Source: Eledone cirrhosa
Lineage: Eukaryota
Reading direction: 5' to 3'
Length of the DNA: 64,000 nucleotides
Assembly (NCBI GenBank): GCA_964016885.1
Contig: OZ024746.1
Coordinates: 69,316,001-69,380,000, forward strand
Below, piece after piece: positions 1 through 12,732 of this stretch (positions are counted from its first letter, which is position 1; every line of letters begins with the position of its first letter). The notes beneath the pieces were generated by a model. The model made no database searches. It saw nothing but the letters and a program-made list of their open reading frames with translations, and was not told the DNA's origin. Made by a program: the position numbers and the translations under genes.

Positions 1-627
1 GTGCAGGTATGGATGTTATTGCATGTGTGGATCTATATGTTTTGAGTTGTAGGTGTACACATGCATACGTTTCTGTATCTATACATGTGTTTATGCAGTT
101 ATTACATACTGAATTTATGAAATGTTTTAGATATTTTTACAGTTAACATTAAATAACTGTACTTCCAACTTTCTAACTAGCCGTGCTCTTTATTGTTCTG
201 TGAATCTAACTTCTCAAGATTTGAACTGAGACAGTTAGTAACATATCCAAGAGCTCCAGTGATCACAGGTACAAATCTAACAGTATAGTCAGGGTGGAGT
301 ATTTGCAGATTTCTCATTAGTTCAGCATAAATGTTCTTCTTTTCGCAAAAATTTAGTATTATATTGACATCTGCTGTGCATGCCTTTTTTTCTCTGTCCC
401 ATATCATTATATCTGGTCTGTTATGTTTGCTTTTTATTGAAGTTTTGACTGGAACATTACACCAGTAGTCTTTCAGACTATGCATAAGTCCTCCACTTCA
501 CTAACGTTTTATACGTTTATTCTCATCACTATCCTTTCTACGGATTGCATTATATAGTGTTTTACCCGCTACATCATACCTCATATGTAGATAGTATCGC
601 GATGATATATTTAGACAGCTGCTTATG
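1..627 (-). mobile_element. 5'-truncated R4/Dong-like non-LTR retrotransposon, 3' fragment (zinc-knuckle end plus RLE)
   Basis: ORF fragments ISSCLNISSRYYLHMRYDVAG and HNRPDIMIWDRE...KNIYAELMRNL...VPVITGALG; the 5' edge ends at the (TATG)n array at 628. Confidence 0.85.
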
Positions 628-721
628 ATGTATGTATGTATGTATGTATGTATGTATGTATGTATGTATGTATGTATGTATGTATGTATGTATGTATGTA
701 TGTATGTATGTATGTATGTAT
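628..721. repeat. (TATG)n microsatellite
   Basis: direct reading. Confidence 0.98.
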
Positions 722-834
722 CTTCTTCTGGTTTTATAATTTCACGAATTTTTACCAATAGAGAGAGAGAGAGTCGGTTTCTAACATAGGCACAAGACTC
801 TCTCATTGGAATTTACACAACATCAACTAGGTAG

Positions 835-2554
835 ATATGTATGCATGTCTGCATGCATGCATGTGTACATGTATAGATGCGTATGTTTTGAGTTGTATGT
901 GTGCACGTGCATATGCTTTGTATCTGTACAAGTGTATTTTTTGATATGTTTTACATATTTTTACTGTTCCATTAATGGATTGTACTTGTAATTTCCTAAC
1001 TAGCTGTGTTCTTTCTGTTTCTGTGAAGCCTAGCTTCTCAAGATTTGTATTGAGGCAGTTACTAACATATCCCAGTGCCCCAATAATCACAGGCATAAAT
1101 CTGAAGGTGTAATCAGGGTGGAGTATCTACAGATTTCTCATTAGTTCTGCATAAATATTCTCCTTTTCGTTAATCTTTGATATTATATTGGCATCTGCTG
1201 GGCAGTTAACTTCCACTACTGTGCATGCCTTCTTTTCCCTGTCCCATATCATTAAATCTGGTCTGTTATGCCTGCATTGTATTGCTGGAACATTCCACCA
1301 GTACTCTTTCATATTATGTACATGTATGTCTCCCACATTGCTGTAGCTTTTAATGTGTTTATTATCGGGGCTATCTTTTCTACGGATTGCATTGTACAGT
1401 GTTTTGGCCACTACACCATGCCTCATAGGTAGATAGTACCGCAATGACATCTTTGGACAGCTGCTGATGATATGTGTGACATCTTCGATGTTAATTCTGC
1501 AGAGTTTGCATTTGTTGTCACATCTAGGTGTTTTGCCTGCATCCCTATCTCATTTGTGAATCAGGTATTTTGTATTGATTTCCTGTTCTTGGATTGCAAA
1601 AGCGTATCCTTCAAAGTAGGAGCCAATATAGCGGTTGCTGGTCCAAGATATTCATGCAGGATCTTTTGCTGATAAGCATGCAGTTTTTCATCCATGGACT
1701 CACTGCGTTACTGCTGGGCAACTTCCCTGGGTGTGAGTTTTTGATTATCACACAGGGAATATCTTTCAAGGAGCTCCTTCCCAACTCTCATGATCTTATA
1801 TGTCTCATGCCGATAGACTTGCTCGATAGATGGGTTCCTACACTTCGAGGCTCTTAAATGTTGTCGGAGGGATATGATGCGACATTCAAATGCTGTCTGG
1901 ACTGATGTTAGCCCTCTACCTCCCTGCTTGCGTTTCAAATAGAGGCGGTCTATGTCACTGTTGATGTGGAAGTTTCCGGTGTTGTTCAGTATTTTTCGAG
2001 TTCCAACATCAACTGCTCGGATTTCGTCTATCGTCCAATTGAGTATTCCAAACGTTGGTGTTAGGACAAGCACTGCAAACACATTGTGAGCCACTGATTT
2101 ATTGTGTGCAGAGAGTTCCGATGACCATATTTTTCTTAATTGGGTGTAATATTCCCTGGTTACGCGTTCAGTTATTACAAATACCATTATAAGATATATT
2201 CTCATCTATCCCCAGTACCTGTAGCAGTCCTCGTCAAATATCAGTGAAACAGTTAGGCCATGCTGCTAGATTGGGTTGTAGTCTTTCCTCGCTTTACAGT
2301 CATATATGAACATTTATCTTGGACAAACTCTATTCCTATATCCTTTGAGAATGTTGTAACCAGGTGAAGATTTTTCTTCATACCATCCATGTTCTTGGCA
2401 TAGAGTTTCTGATCACCCACAAATAAATTATGGGTTAGGTTCGTATTTCTGTCCTCTTGTGAGCCAATGATGAATCCTTTACATTTCTTGAGCAGAATAG
2501 ACAAGGGGTTTATTGACAGGATAAATAGTATCGCAAAGAGACTGTCTCCTTGAA

Positions 2555-2556
<2 letters not shown>
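835..2556 (-). mobile_element. 5'-truncated R4/Dong-like LINE (RT C-terminus to RLE), frameshifted
   Basis: FQGDSL...HNLFVGDQKLY (RT motifs), DIDRLYLKRKQGGRGL, RHNRPDLMIWDRE, PVIIGALG; the 5' edge ends at (TATG)n 2557-2611. Confidence 0.9.
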
Positions 2557-2585
<29 letters not shown>

Positions 2586-2611
2586 TGTATGTATGTATGT
2601 ATGTATGTATG
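2557..2611. repeat. (TATG)n microsatellite between two LINE copies
   Basis: direct reading. Confidence 0.98.
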
Positions 2612-3792
2612 TTTTCTTTTTTTCTCTTAATTTAGAGTTTTTTTTCTGACAGGCCACCTTCCTGGTGGCATGGCTGTAAAGAAAATGAAATTCCCGTCGT
2701 TCATTGTGCAATCGTTCATCCTTTGAATTGTAAGAATATTTGAAGGTTCCAGATATCGCGGCCATTTGTAGCTTGTAAATTAAGGAGCTACGTTCTTTCT
2801 CCACAAATTCAAGTTCAGTTATACATTGCTTCAGTCCTGTAGCTCCCATAACGACAGTTATAAAGCTGAACGTATATTTTTGATACTGGATCTGTAAACT
2901 TCTCATTTATGGTCTGTAGACATCCCCGTCCATTTGTATTTTTCTTATTACATTTACATCGAATGGGCAGCTGACTTCTACAACAGAGCATGTTTTCAAT
3001 GTGTGGTCTCAAACAATAATATAAGGCCGGTTGTGTCTTAATTTGGTGGCGGTTTTTATTTTTAGTATACCTTTAAGCCATACGTCTTCCGTAAGGCATT
3101 CTAGATAGTTCTAGCTACCACACCGTGCCTCATGGGGTGATAGTAATGAGAAGACATTCTTTCACATTTGGCAATAATGTGGTTAACATCTTCGATCTTT
3201 GTGTTGCACAACCTACATTTATTGTCAACTGACGACTTTCCTCTTTTGTGCAGTCAGCGTTTGATAGGAGTTCCTTGTTCCTAGATTGCATGGAGATATC
3301 ATTCAATGTGTGATGTTATGAATTTCCATATCAGGCTTTCAGTATGGTTTATCCCTTCTATGATGTGTGTTTTTCGGCTCAAGTACTCATGTACAACCTT
3401 CTCAGTTAACTGGTCCATTTTTTATTTTGTTCGAGCATTAAGTAGAATCTTCCAATGTTCCTGGAAGAGAGATTTGTGTCAGCTTTTATTTCATGTCTCT
3501 CCTCAAGATCAGTGACTATCCTAACAATGTTGTTATTTTCCTGGTCATAAACATAGGTGAGATGGTTGCTGACTTCTTTCTTCTGTTGAATATGTCACTT
3601 CAGTGTTACTATCCGGGTTTCGTATGTTGTTAATATGTATTTTAGGTCCTTGCGTGAGAAATATAGAATATCCACGTCAGCATTGATGTTTTTGTTGCCA
3701 GTAAAACTGAACAGCTTGCGAGTCCTTACGTCTAATCTTGTTAAGTTCTTGTAATGACTAGTTCAGTTGACCAAATGTTGGCATTAGGATGG
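2612..3792 (-). mobile_element. degenerate R4/Dong-like LINE 3' part, same family as 43832-46764
   Basis: 3' UTR containing ggccaccttcctggtggc is shared with the copies at 33902 and 43832; MRSLQIQY..YTFSFI...LQMAAI matches the 44021-44572 ORF and its continuation. Confidence 0.85.
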
Positions 3793-3808
3793 GCACAGCA
3801 AAAGTATT

Positions 3809-3905
<97 letters not shown>

Positions 3906-4429
3906 ATTGAGAGCACAAAACAAGAAAGAAAAATATTCAATACATAAAAAGAGAGTGAGACCTTACCACTTCAAAGTTAGATTAATGAATTAATAATTTC
4001 AAAATGTAACTTTACTACTTGAAAGTGAGAATAATGATTTCAAAATGAGATTAACGCAAACAGATTTATTCAATAGAAGATATAACAGCAAAATATTGTA
4101 ACATCATTTATGACAACAATGTCAATTTGCCGGGTTAATTACATATTTTCATCATCCAAGCAGCGAAGAAAAAACAAAACAATACCAAAAACAACACCAA
4201 AAACAACAAAAACACTTCACATGGTTGTAATATCTTTCAATACTAATTTTCTAAATACTAAGAATATTATCTATTATCTCGGTACTTACTACATCTGCAT
4301 AAATGTCTCAGTGCGTATTTTATACATAGAAAACATTCATCTATGGGGTTAAGCATGAGTGGATACACAAACAGACGTTTCAATTAACAATTGTGAATAT
4401 CCTAAATACAAACTTCGATTACATAGGGA

Positions 4430-4489
4430 ATCGAATATACATTTATATTATCGAATATACATTTACATTATCGAATATACATTTATATT
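4430..4489. repeat. 20-bp tandem repeat, 3 copies (atcgaatatacatttatatt)
   Basis: direct reading. Confidence 0.85.
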
Positions 4490-5784
4490 TCTGGCCTTGA
4501 AAATGTCCAGATAAATGGCGAAGAAAGTTTTTAAATTGTGTTCTATGTACACTGTCATGAAATTCTGTTAGCGTCTGTCCCTCTGTACTTGACATGGCAT
4601 CAATGAGAGTTTTGTCTGCTTATCAATGAACAGTTCTAGGATTGGTCACGGATGGGATAGTGTGAAGGTTAAAGCCATATTTATCAACAAAATTTACTGA
4701 GATCTTTCTGAGGTCAAATTTTTCAATTGTCAAATAAAAGTTTACAAATTAATGTCTAGCAATAATCACACCAGATCAAATTATATCCTGGGGCATTATA
4801 ACCAACTTCTTTCTAATTACAACCTGTCCCCTAGGGGTTTTTTTAAATGCAACTATCACTTACTCGTGCTTTTTGTACCGAATCCAATTTCGTGTTCTCC
4901 CTTGTCTTTTGCAAGGTGATTGATTGATGGCTGGTTCTTAATAGTGTCTCGTAACAATAGACACACATCTCACCATCAACCTTCACACTGCATTTATCAC
5001 CTTTGGTTAATGCTTTTTCTTTTTCCGTCTTTATACTGCAGTCCTCAATTTATTGCAGTCTGTAGATTGAACAACGTCTTTGCATTTCGATCCACGATTA
5101 CAACAGTCCATTAGCTGATTACGACCGACATTAGGCACTGGTTTCTTCTTTGTTCCATGTCCAGTTGATGTTGCTTGTCTGGTATTACAAAAAGAAAAAG
5201 AAAAGAAAAAAGAAAAAAAACAAAAGAAAAATACCCAAAACAACAAACAAACAAACAAACAAAAAATCACTCTTAAAAGAATATGTAGTTTAACTCTTCA
5301 TCAACTAGGTGCTACTCACTCATTTTATCAATGCAATTATTTAATAGGAAACGAGCTATTACAACAAAGAGTTGGTACTTTGTTTTGTGTTGTTTATAAT
5401 AATATACTCTCCAACCGATAAAGTCTTTCATGCTACCTATTATCTCTACGAAGATACATTATACCCTACTTTGAAGAACTCACTTTGAAATGATATATGC
5501 TCACTTAGAATTACATTCTTCCCTAATTTTCTACACGCAAGTATTATCTACTCTACACCTGCACTAACTCCATGAATAGAAACCGTGAAAACATCCTCTA
5601 ATGAGGTAATACTAATCTTATCCCTTTCAACAGCACAAATACATAATCATAATACATATCAAGAAAACATTACAGCCCCCCCCCCCCCCACTCTGAGCAG
5701 TACACAGCGTAGAACTCCCAAAGTTGCAACAAATACTGTCTCATGGTGAACGAACATTTTCAACAAATCTCAGACCTTCTAGAC

Positions 5785-5971
5785 CACGCATGTAAAACTG
5801 AGGGTCCCAGGAGGGCCACATGGGTCACATATGTGTTGTCTGAGGGCCACACACGACAACTAATTGCGCACATTACAACGCATTTGTTAATTTTATATTA
5901 CGAAGATAAAACATGCTCGCGCTGTAAAAACCTTTGTTTGCGGCCTGCGGGCCGTATGTTTGGCATGCCTG
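5785..5971. mobile_element. hAT (Charlie-like) MITE
   Basis: imperfect TIRs cacgcatgtaaaac / gtttggcatgcctg; perfect 8-bp TSD TTCTAGAC at 5777-5784 and 5972-5979; subterminal gcgggccg motif. Confidence 0.85.
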
Positions 5972-6599
5972 TTCTAGACCACATCCAAAGAAAGGATACT
6001 CAACTGATTAGTATGAAATCGCCCTCTGACATACTTCAAACTCTAGCTTACAGACATGCCGTTTCCTTTGTCATCTGTTGCAAAGGTTATGGCTGGTGTC
6101 ATATGTCATCTGTTACTTGGATATGGCTGGGGTCGGACCACTTCACCTCTTATCATCAATATTAAATCCATCTTTTCAGATCACGAAACCACTTTGTCCA
6201 GTTTTTATTTTCTAAAATGTAGGTCTTCTGTAATATTTGTTACACTTGTTTTTCCTGTAGCCATTAACTTGCAACTGTTGAAGAGAAATGTCAGACGCGC
6301 CAATTTTACTGGTCTTAGAGGACCTGCGAAAGTTATGAGCACAGCCCATTCTTCCGGATAAGGCAAATAAAAAAAGGAAATACATCACCACAAATCCTTC
6401 GATGGAATTTGACACTTTTTTGTTGCAACTTCTCCATTCAGAATTAAATGTAGAAAACTTTTTGTCGATATCTTAAAATATTTTAAATAGAGGTATTGAA
6501 AATATTGCTGGACATTTCACAAATCGTAAAGTAGCCAATAGTATTATAGCATATTGACTACAATCATATAGTAATCAATATGCTTAAATGTATGTATGG

Positions 6600-6935
6600 A
6601 TTTGTAACTCCCAATGGAGTCGTAGTAACACAGAGCATGTCTTGGGCACTTTAAACCTGGTGGAGCCCATCACTCTCCATATCTGAATGCAGCTAAATTC
6701 TTCCAGAGAGGGAAAGAGAGATAAAGAGAGATAGATAGAGAGATAGAGAGGGGGGGGGGGGGGGGGGTTCGTGAGTAAAAGGTAGAAGAGGAATCGACTT
6801 CAATACTGGTACATTTTTATCGACCTCGAAAGGATGAAAAGTAAAATGATTTGAACTTAGAGAGCAGTGAACCGGAACGAAAACTGCAAAGCATTCCATG
6901 CGATGTTCTAACGACTTTGCCAATTCGCCGCCTCG
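6600..6935 (-). mobile_element. tRNA-derived SINE, long-tail variant
   Basis: central ttttatcgacctcgaaaggatgaaa domain; tail similar to 29340-29460 and, inverted, to 36330-36455. Confidence 0.7.
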
Positions 6936-7136
6936 AATAAAGTAATAACAGCAGCAAAAAATGGTAAAGAATACCAGTGCAAAAGGAAAATCTTGGCAAA
7001 TTGAACCCAGAGAGTTTTAACAAAAATATCTAGATACAGTGTACTCTTCAATATACTACTTCTCGACTAATTTACATTGAGATCGTAAATTAAAAAGGGA
7101 AACCATATTCGTTTATCAATACAGTGCAAAAATAAT

Positions 7137-7590
7137 GTGTTTTTTATATAGGCAGAAGGCCATCAATTTTGGGGGAAGGGAAAGTCGATTAAATCGATCT
7201 CAGTGCGTGATTGGTACTTTATTTTATCGATTCCCATAAGGATGAAAGGCAAAGTTAACCTCGGCGGGATTTGAACTCAGATCATAAAGGGCCGTAACTC
7301 TATGCTGACAAGCATGGCGTCCGACACTCTACCGATACTGCCAATCCACCGCCCTAATACAATGCAGAAATAATAGTTTCTTATATAGGCACAAGGCCAG
7401 CAATTTTGGGGGAGGGAAAGTCGATTAAATCAACCTCAGTGCGTGACTGGTACTTTATTTTATCGACAAAGTAAGGATGAAAGCCAAGGTTAACCTCGGC
7501 GGGATTTGAACTCAGATCATAAAGGGCTGTAACTCTATGCTGACAAGCATGGCGTCCGACCCTCTATCGATACTGCCAATCCACCGCCCT
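7137..7590 (-). mobile_element. two tandem tRNA-derived SINE copies (7137-7355 and 7375-7590)
   Basis: A-box-like tggcagtatcgg and B-box gttcaaatcc on the minus strand; central gcctttcatcc..tcgataaaataaagtacc domain; 19-bp target sequence present three times. Confidence 0.9.
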
Positions 7591-7715
7591 AATACAGTGC
7601 AAAAATAATGCAAGTAAAAAGAAATGCGTTGAAAAAGGTAAAGATTCAATCAAAATGCATACTGTTCGTCACAGCAAGACATTGAATAAGCACGGGATAT
7701 GCAACTAGAAAGTTC

Positions 7716-7997
7716 TCTTCCGAGGTACAAGCCCGGGCAAGGTGTTTTGTGGAAATCCATCAGTCGCCCATATATACCAGCCTACCATCTCCATGCCACT
7801 GATGTTGTCCAAGAGAAAAGCAATAGCTGATACAGCTTGGCACCAGTGACATCACAACTCATTCCTACAGCTGAATGAACTGGAGAAACGGGAAATATAG
7901 CGTCTTCCTGAAGGACACAACACACTACTCTGTGATGGAACCGAACTCACAACCTCACGATTGTAAGCCCAACGGTCTAACCACTGTCATGCGCTTC
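7716..7997 (-). mobile_element. second tRNA-derived SINE family (CORE-like centre)
   Basis: similar to the plus-strand copy at 53655-53945; tRNA-like head with gtggttagacc...gagttcg. Confidence 0.75.
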
Positions 7998-9150
7998 CAA
8001 CGAACGTAAAAACTTCAATTACAGCACCACATTTGTTCAGTAGAAATAACTAACTGTAAATTGACAAAATGGTTTAATTAGGCTGAAGGGAAATGAGGAA
8101 GAAGTCACCATGAAATATGTCTCAGCTGTCCGACATATCTTAACCACAGCGTTAATAAGTGATGCAACATCTTCAGGAATGCAGGGAAACAGCCATAATT
8201 AACAGTGACAAGTATAATTCTTAACCATACTTGTAAAACATGTAAATATTGCCATATATACACAAAACAGAATAACAAAATCACACAATGTTTCTTTCTG
8301 CAATAGAAACATGAAATAAGTTTTTTTTTTTTGCTTGACGTTCTCACATCTTTTATACAACGAAAATACGAAAAAGAATACTGAAACATAGCCACTCCGA
8401 TGATATGAGCCTGGATAGTGTATGTGGATGGATTGCGGGGGGGTCGCTCACCGGCGTGCAAAACCCCATGTGCAAGTCATCTCATGGTCCCAGCGGACAG
8501 AAAGGATAAAGTGTTGTCCTGGAGGTGTCAGGTTTTATAACAACAGCATATCATAGAATTATCATTATTTGGTGATAGACTATTGGGTGGAAACTTAATT
8601 CGCCACCCAGTTTAACACCATCTCCTGGCTCTTGGGTACTTTTCAGTGGAGTCCACTTTGTTGTGAGAATTTGAGTCAGGTTTCTAGTCAGGCGGTAACT
8701 TCCTCCTTTACCCCTTCCAGGTTTGAAATGAACATTAACAGTGATCAAGACCAACAGCTTCCCAAATGATCAATTCAATGTTAAGCTGTCCTCGTATATA
8801 CCTGGATTACTAGCTATATGAACAATCATAGAAACTAAGAAATTTGCGTTTGCATAAGAGACACTAGAGTTTATATTGGTTACTAACATGTAGAAGTGAT
8901 TAAAGATAAAAATATTAAAATAATTTATTTCTAGGATATAATTACATAAATGTTCAGCATGTATGTACAAATGACATACTGGATTAAATGTGTAACTTTG
9001 GAGACACTAACTATTTATAAGGACAAATGTAGGGTTAGAACCCACCACCTTATGACTGCTACCTTATTGTAGCAACACGACTGATATAAGAAATGCATTG
9101 CGTGCATGTGTGTGTACGTTTACGTGTTTGTGTGTGTACATTCTAAAGAG

Positions 9151-9225
<75 letters not shown>

Positions 9226-9283
9226 GTGATGGTCATGCTGCATACATACATACATTATTATGGTTGATTACTCACATATTCAT

Positions 9284-9405
9284 AGGCGGTGAATTGGCAA
9301 AGACCTTTTGGGGTGTTCGTAAGAGTTCTTTGCGTTCTGAGTTCGAACCCCGCCATGGTCAACTTTGCTTTTCGTCCTCTCGAGGTCAATAAAAAAGTAC
9401 TAGTC
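9284..9405 (+). mobile_element. degenerate SINE
   Basis: ggcggtgaattggc...gagttcgaaccccgcc...aactttgctttt. Confidence 0.65.
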
Positions 9406-11026
9406 CACCTTCTTTGGAAGAAACCAGGTGTATTCAGACATGGTGAGAAGATGGGTACTACTTGTTGAAAAATACCGAGGAAACGCTATATGTCCCTACG
9501 GCGCCCTACAACTTCATCAGGAGTTACGGGTTCATACATAGATACAGTTAAAATAGAAACGATGGTATAGTTGTGGTTGAGGTTGAGGTTTAGCCCTAGG
9601 TCATCCTGATTGAGCCGATCTATGATCAATGGCGTTTCAGCCATGAGCATTGCATTTTTAAAGGCATAGTGGATCTAGGACTACACTATTAAAAGTATAT
9701 TTCCATTTTAAGACAGTGTGGTGTGATTTGAGAGATGATTGGTCGCTATTTCAAACAGATTGAACAACTCCGGAGAGACTCCCTCATCGGCTCGTTTAGC
9801 TTCTCGGCTAATGTAGCAATATCCATTAGACGTATCGACGACTACTCAGTCCTACGCCAAGTGACCTCTTTTCAGACATGACTACGGTTACTTGGTGATG
9901 TTGTGCTACCAGGGATTACAATTATATTTGTTCAGTTGTTTTAGGTGCATTATTTGTCAGTTTGCTAATTTTAAAATTATGTTGGCAGAGCACAGCAAAA
10001 CAGCAATTGTTACTATTTCTTCTAAATATATTATTGCTGGAATTCACTTCAAAATATAGTGTTCCAAAACATCATATTACAATATTACAATATTGTTTCA
10101 AAAGTTTTCGTATTCTATTGCTATTTTTACTTTATGTTGTTTTCATAGTTATTTCAGTTATTTAAGTTTTTTAAATTTACATTTCTTTTCTCGTAGTATA
10201 TTCCCTAGTATCAGTAAGATTAGTGTATTTATAGTGACTGTTCAATGTTTCTTATAATGAGTTATAAAGATCTACTTGAGCATGTTGAACTTCCTCGCAA
10301 GGGGATTTGAAAATGTTTTGCTATAAACCATTGTTGGATTTCTAATTCTCTTTTGTATGGAGTTAATGTTTTTGCCACTTTGTTTAAGAGGTGCTAACAA
10401 CATTACATCACTGGATATGTTTGTAAACAATAGTGTCCACAGTTTCATTAGTTCTTTGTCTCATTAGGTTAATTTCCTGGAAAATATTTTTCATGCAGAA
10501 AAATACCACTTGAAATGTATGTCATCAGTTGTTCTTTATTTTGTATAACTCAATATTGTAGGAATATAATAATGTCTTTAGTAAAAGTTATAGGTCCTTG
10601 AATGATGTAAAGTGCTTTTAGTCAGTGATATATTTGGAGGGTAAAATCTTGAAATTGTTCTTCCAATTAAAATTTCGAAGAAATATGTAATCTACATTCT
10701 ATTCGGAATCGAGAGATTATTTTCCAAGTAGAATTTTATATTGAACTTTATTAAAATATACCCAAACATTATTTCAGTATTACATTTAATGTATCTGTTA
10801 TAATACTTTAATTTATAGTATTTAACTAAATTTTAATAATAAATGCCCTTACATTGAACATCTTGGTAGGCAATACATTTTTCAGTTATAATGTATTAGA
10901 ATTTTCCATTTTAAGTTTATACAGGACTGTGATACATTAAAATATAAACTTTATAATTGCATCTTAAATAGATTGGTTAAACTGAAGGATAGCAATATTT
11001 TGCATGACGACACGAAAATATTGCAA

Positions 11027-11034
11027 TGACGTCA
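11027..11034. promoter_or_regulatory. palindromic CRE motif TGACGTCA about 190 bp upstream of the EB1-like ORF
   Basis: exact motif; function not demonstrated. Confidence 0.3.
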
Positions 11035-11225
11035 TATAGAATTATAGCGTAAGTCTTTACAAGGATATAATGGATTCTTGGTTCGAAGGAACTAACGACG
11101 CAGAATTATAGAATAGAGCTAAGGCTTCCCGGTAATATATGATATTTCTTGTTTCTGGTATTAAGACATGATTCTTTCGTTACTTTGTCCCGTTTAATCG
11201 TATATAACTTATATAGGAAAAAGAA

Positions 11226-12323
11226 ATGATGAAGGTGCTAGATCCAACGTCCGTTGCTATCGTTAGTCAAGAAAAACTCGTTGAATGGTTTCGGAAAACC
11301 ATTTGTACACAGATCCATTCTGTCAAAGATTTGTCAAGTGGATATGAATTTTGCAAAGGATTATCCTTGATTTTACCAAGTGCACTCAATATGAATAAAA
11401 TTAAAGTACAAAACCTGACTATGTATGATCGACACATGAACTTTAAACATCTTCAAGCAGCATTTACTTATGTCAATTTGAGTAAAGAAATACCAATACA
11501 GAAGCTAATGGAAGGTAACTTGGCAGAGAATTATCATTTTGGGCTTTGGTTTAAAGCTTTTTATGAAACAAACTCTTGTATTCAGGCGAGCAAAGACGAT
11601 TCAGTAGTAGATTGTGGAAAGATTAAAACTACAAATAGTAGCGATAATGTGCCGAACGTTACATTAGAACAGGAAATAAAAAGTTGGCCCAGAACGGGAC
11701 AGATAAAATTTAGTAAACGGTCAACTAATGAATATAAACTTGTAGATAGTGAGGTTCAGACGGAATTCTATGATAGTGTGTCAGGCGAAGAGCTTTTTAA
11801 TAGGATGAGTAATGAAATTGTTATTAGTTCCGAGCAAGCTGAGGCTAATGAATACAACCGAATGATTATAAATACATTAAAAGAAGATAACATGAATTTA
11901 ATAAACGAAAACAAAGAGTTAGACGCGGAAAATAAGGCACTTGCCATGGAAAAAAATAGTCTGGAATTTAGTGTTAATCTGTTGCTCCAGCGCAATGAAG
12001 AATTGGAAAATGCTAATGCTACGTTAATCCAACAAATTGAAAATCTTGAAGAAGGTTTTCTGAATTTGTCAGAAACAAACAAAGAAATAAATATACGTAA
12101 CCGTGAATTACAAGTCCATTATGAGGATTTAAACTTACATTCTCAAATCTATAAAAAGGTGTTAGACTGTTCAAATATGGAAGCTAATCTCTTTTTCAAT
12201 AAACTTCAAAGTATTGACAGACTTTGCCGCAATGCATCTAGCAATCGTTTGAGAAAATTAATAGTTTCTATATTGAATGAAACAAAATACCAGCCAAGTT
12301 GTATGTCGGTCAGTTCACCCTAA
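11226..12323 (+). CDS. intronless divergent EB1/MAPRE (RP/EB family) microtubule end-binding-like protein, 365 aa
   Basis: N-terminal CH domain aligns by eye with EB1 (LSSGYEFC~LCSGAAYC, NFKHLQAAF~NFKILQAGF, IPIQKLMEG~IPVDKLVKG, WFKAFYETN~WFKKFFDAN); long heptad coiled coil; C-terminal EANLFFNKLQSIDRLC~ERDFYFGKLRNIELIC; AATAAA at 12376-12381. Confidence 0.85.
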   Translation: MMKVLDPTSVAIVSQEKLVEWFRKTICTQIHSVKDLSSGYEFCKGLSLILPSALNMNKIKVQNLTMYDRHMNFKHLQAAFTYVNLSKEIPIQKLMEGNLAENYHFGLWFKAFYETNSCIQASKDDSVVDCGKIKTTNSSDNVPNVTLEQEIKSWPRTGQIKFSKRSTNEYKLVDSEVQTEFYDSVSGEELFNRMSNEIVISSEQAEANEYNRMIINTLKEDNMNLINENKELDAENKALAMEKNSLEFSVNLLLQRNEELENANATLIQQIENLEEGFLNLSETNKEINIRNRELQVHYEDLNLHSQIYKKVLDCSNMEANLFFNKLQSIDRLCRNASSNRLRKLIVSILNETKYQPSCMSVSSP

Positions 12324-12732
12324 ACAGATATTTTCTTGTCTTTCGTATTCGTATAAGTAGGTATTTGAAATGGGAAATAAAACCATTGAATTTTATTACT
12401 GTAGGATTGAATTATTTTTTAAACAATAGGGCTTCTTTTAAAATGCATAGGATCCCTTAATTGCCATCTTTTGATCATTAGCTTCTTAATTACTTTCAAA
12501 AATTTATTCGAAGTACACCAGGCAGTTTCCTCTTTTTCGGTCTAAAATTTTGTCTCAAATCGAATCTTACTCATCTTAAAATTTTACAAATCTTTACCTC
12601 TAAAATAAAAGCTCCCTAAAATGCTAGGCTTAAAACATTTGTTTGGTGAGGTTGTATCTTCCCAACAAATTAGTGTAAAAGGACACTTAATTACTTGTCA
12701 TATCTCTGTTAATGTTTGAAACTTTTTGGTAG

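Noticed and set aside
9480-9530. GAAAC and reverse-complement CTGATGA as a hammerhead
   Set aside because: The motifs are on opposite strands; the segment matches the SINE tail also seen at 36428-36452
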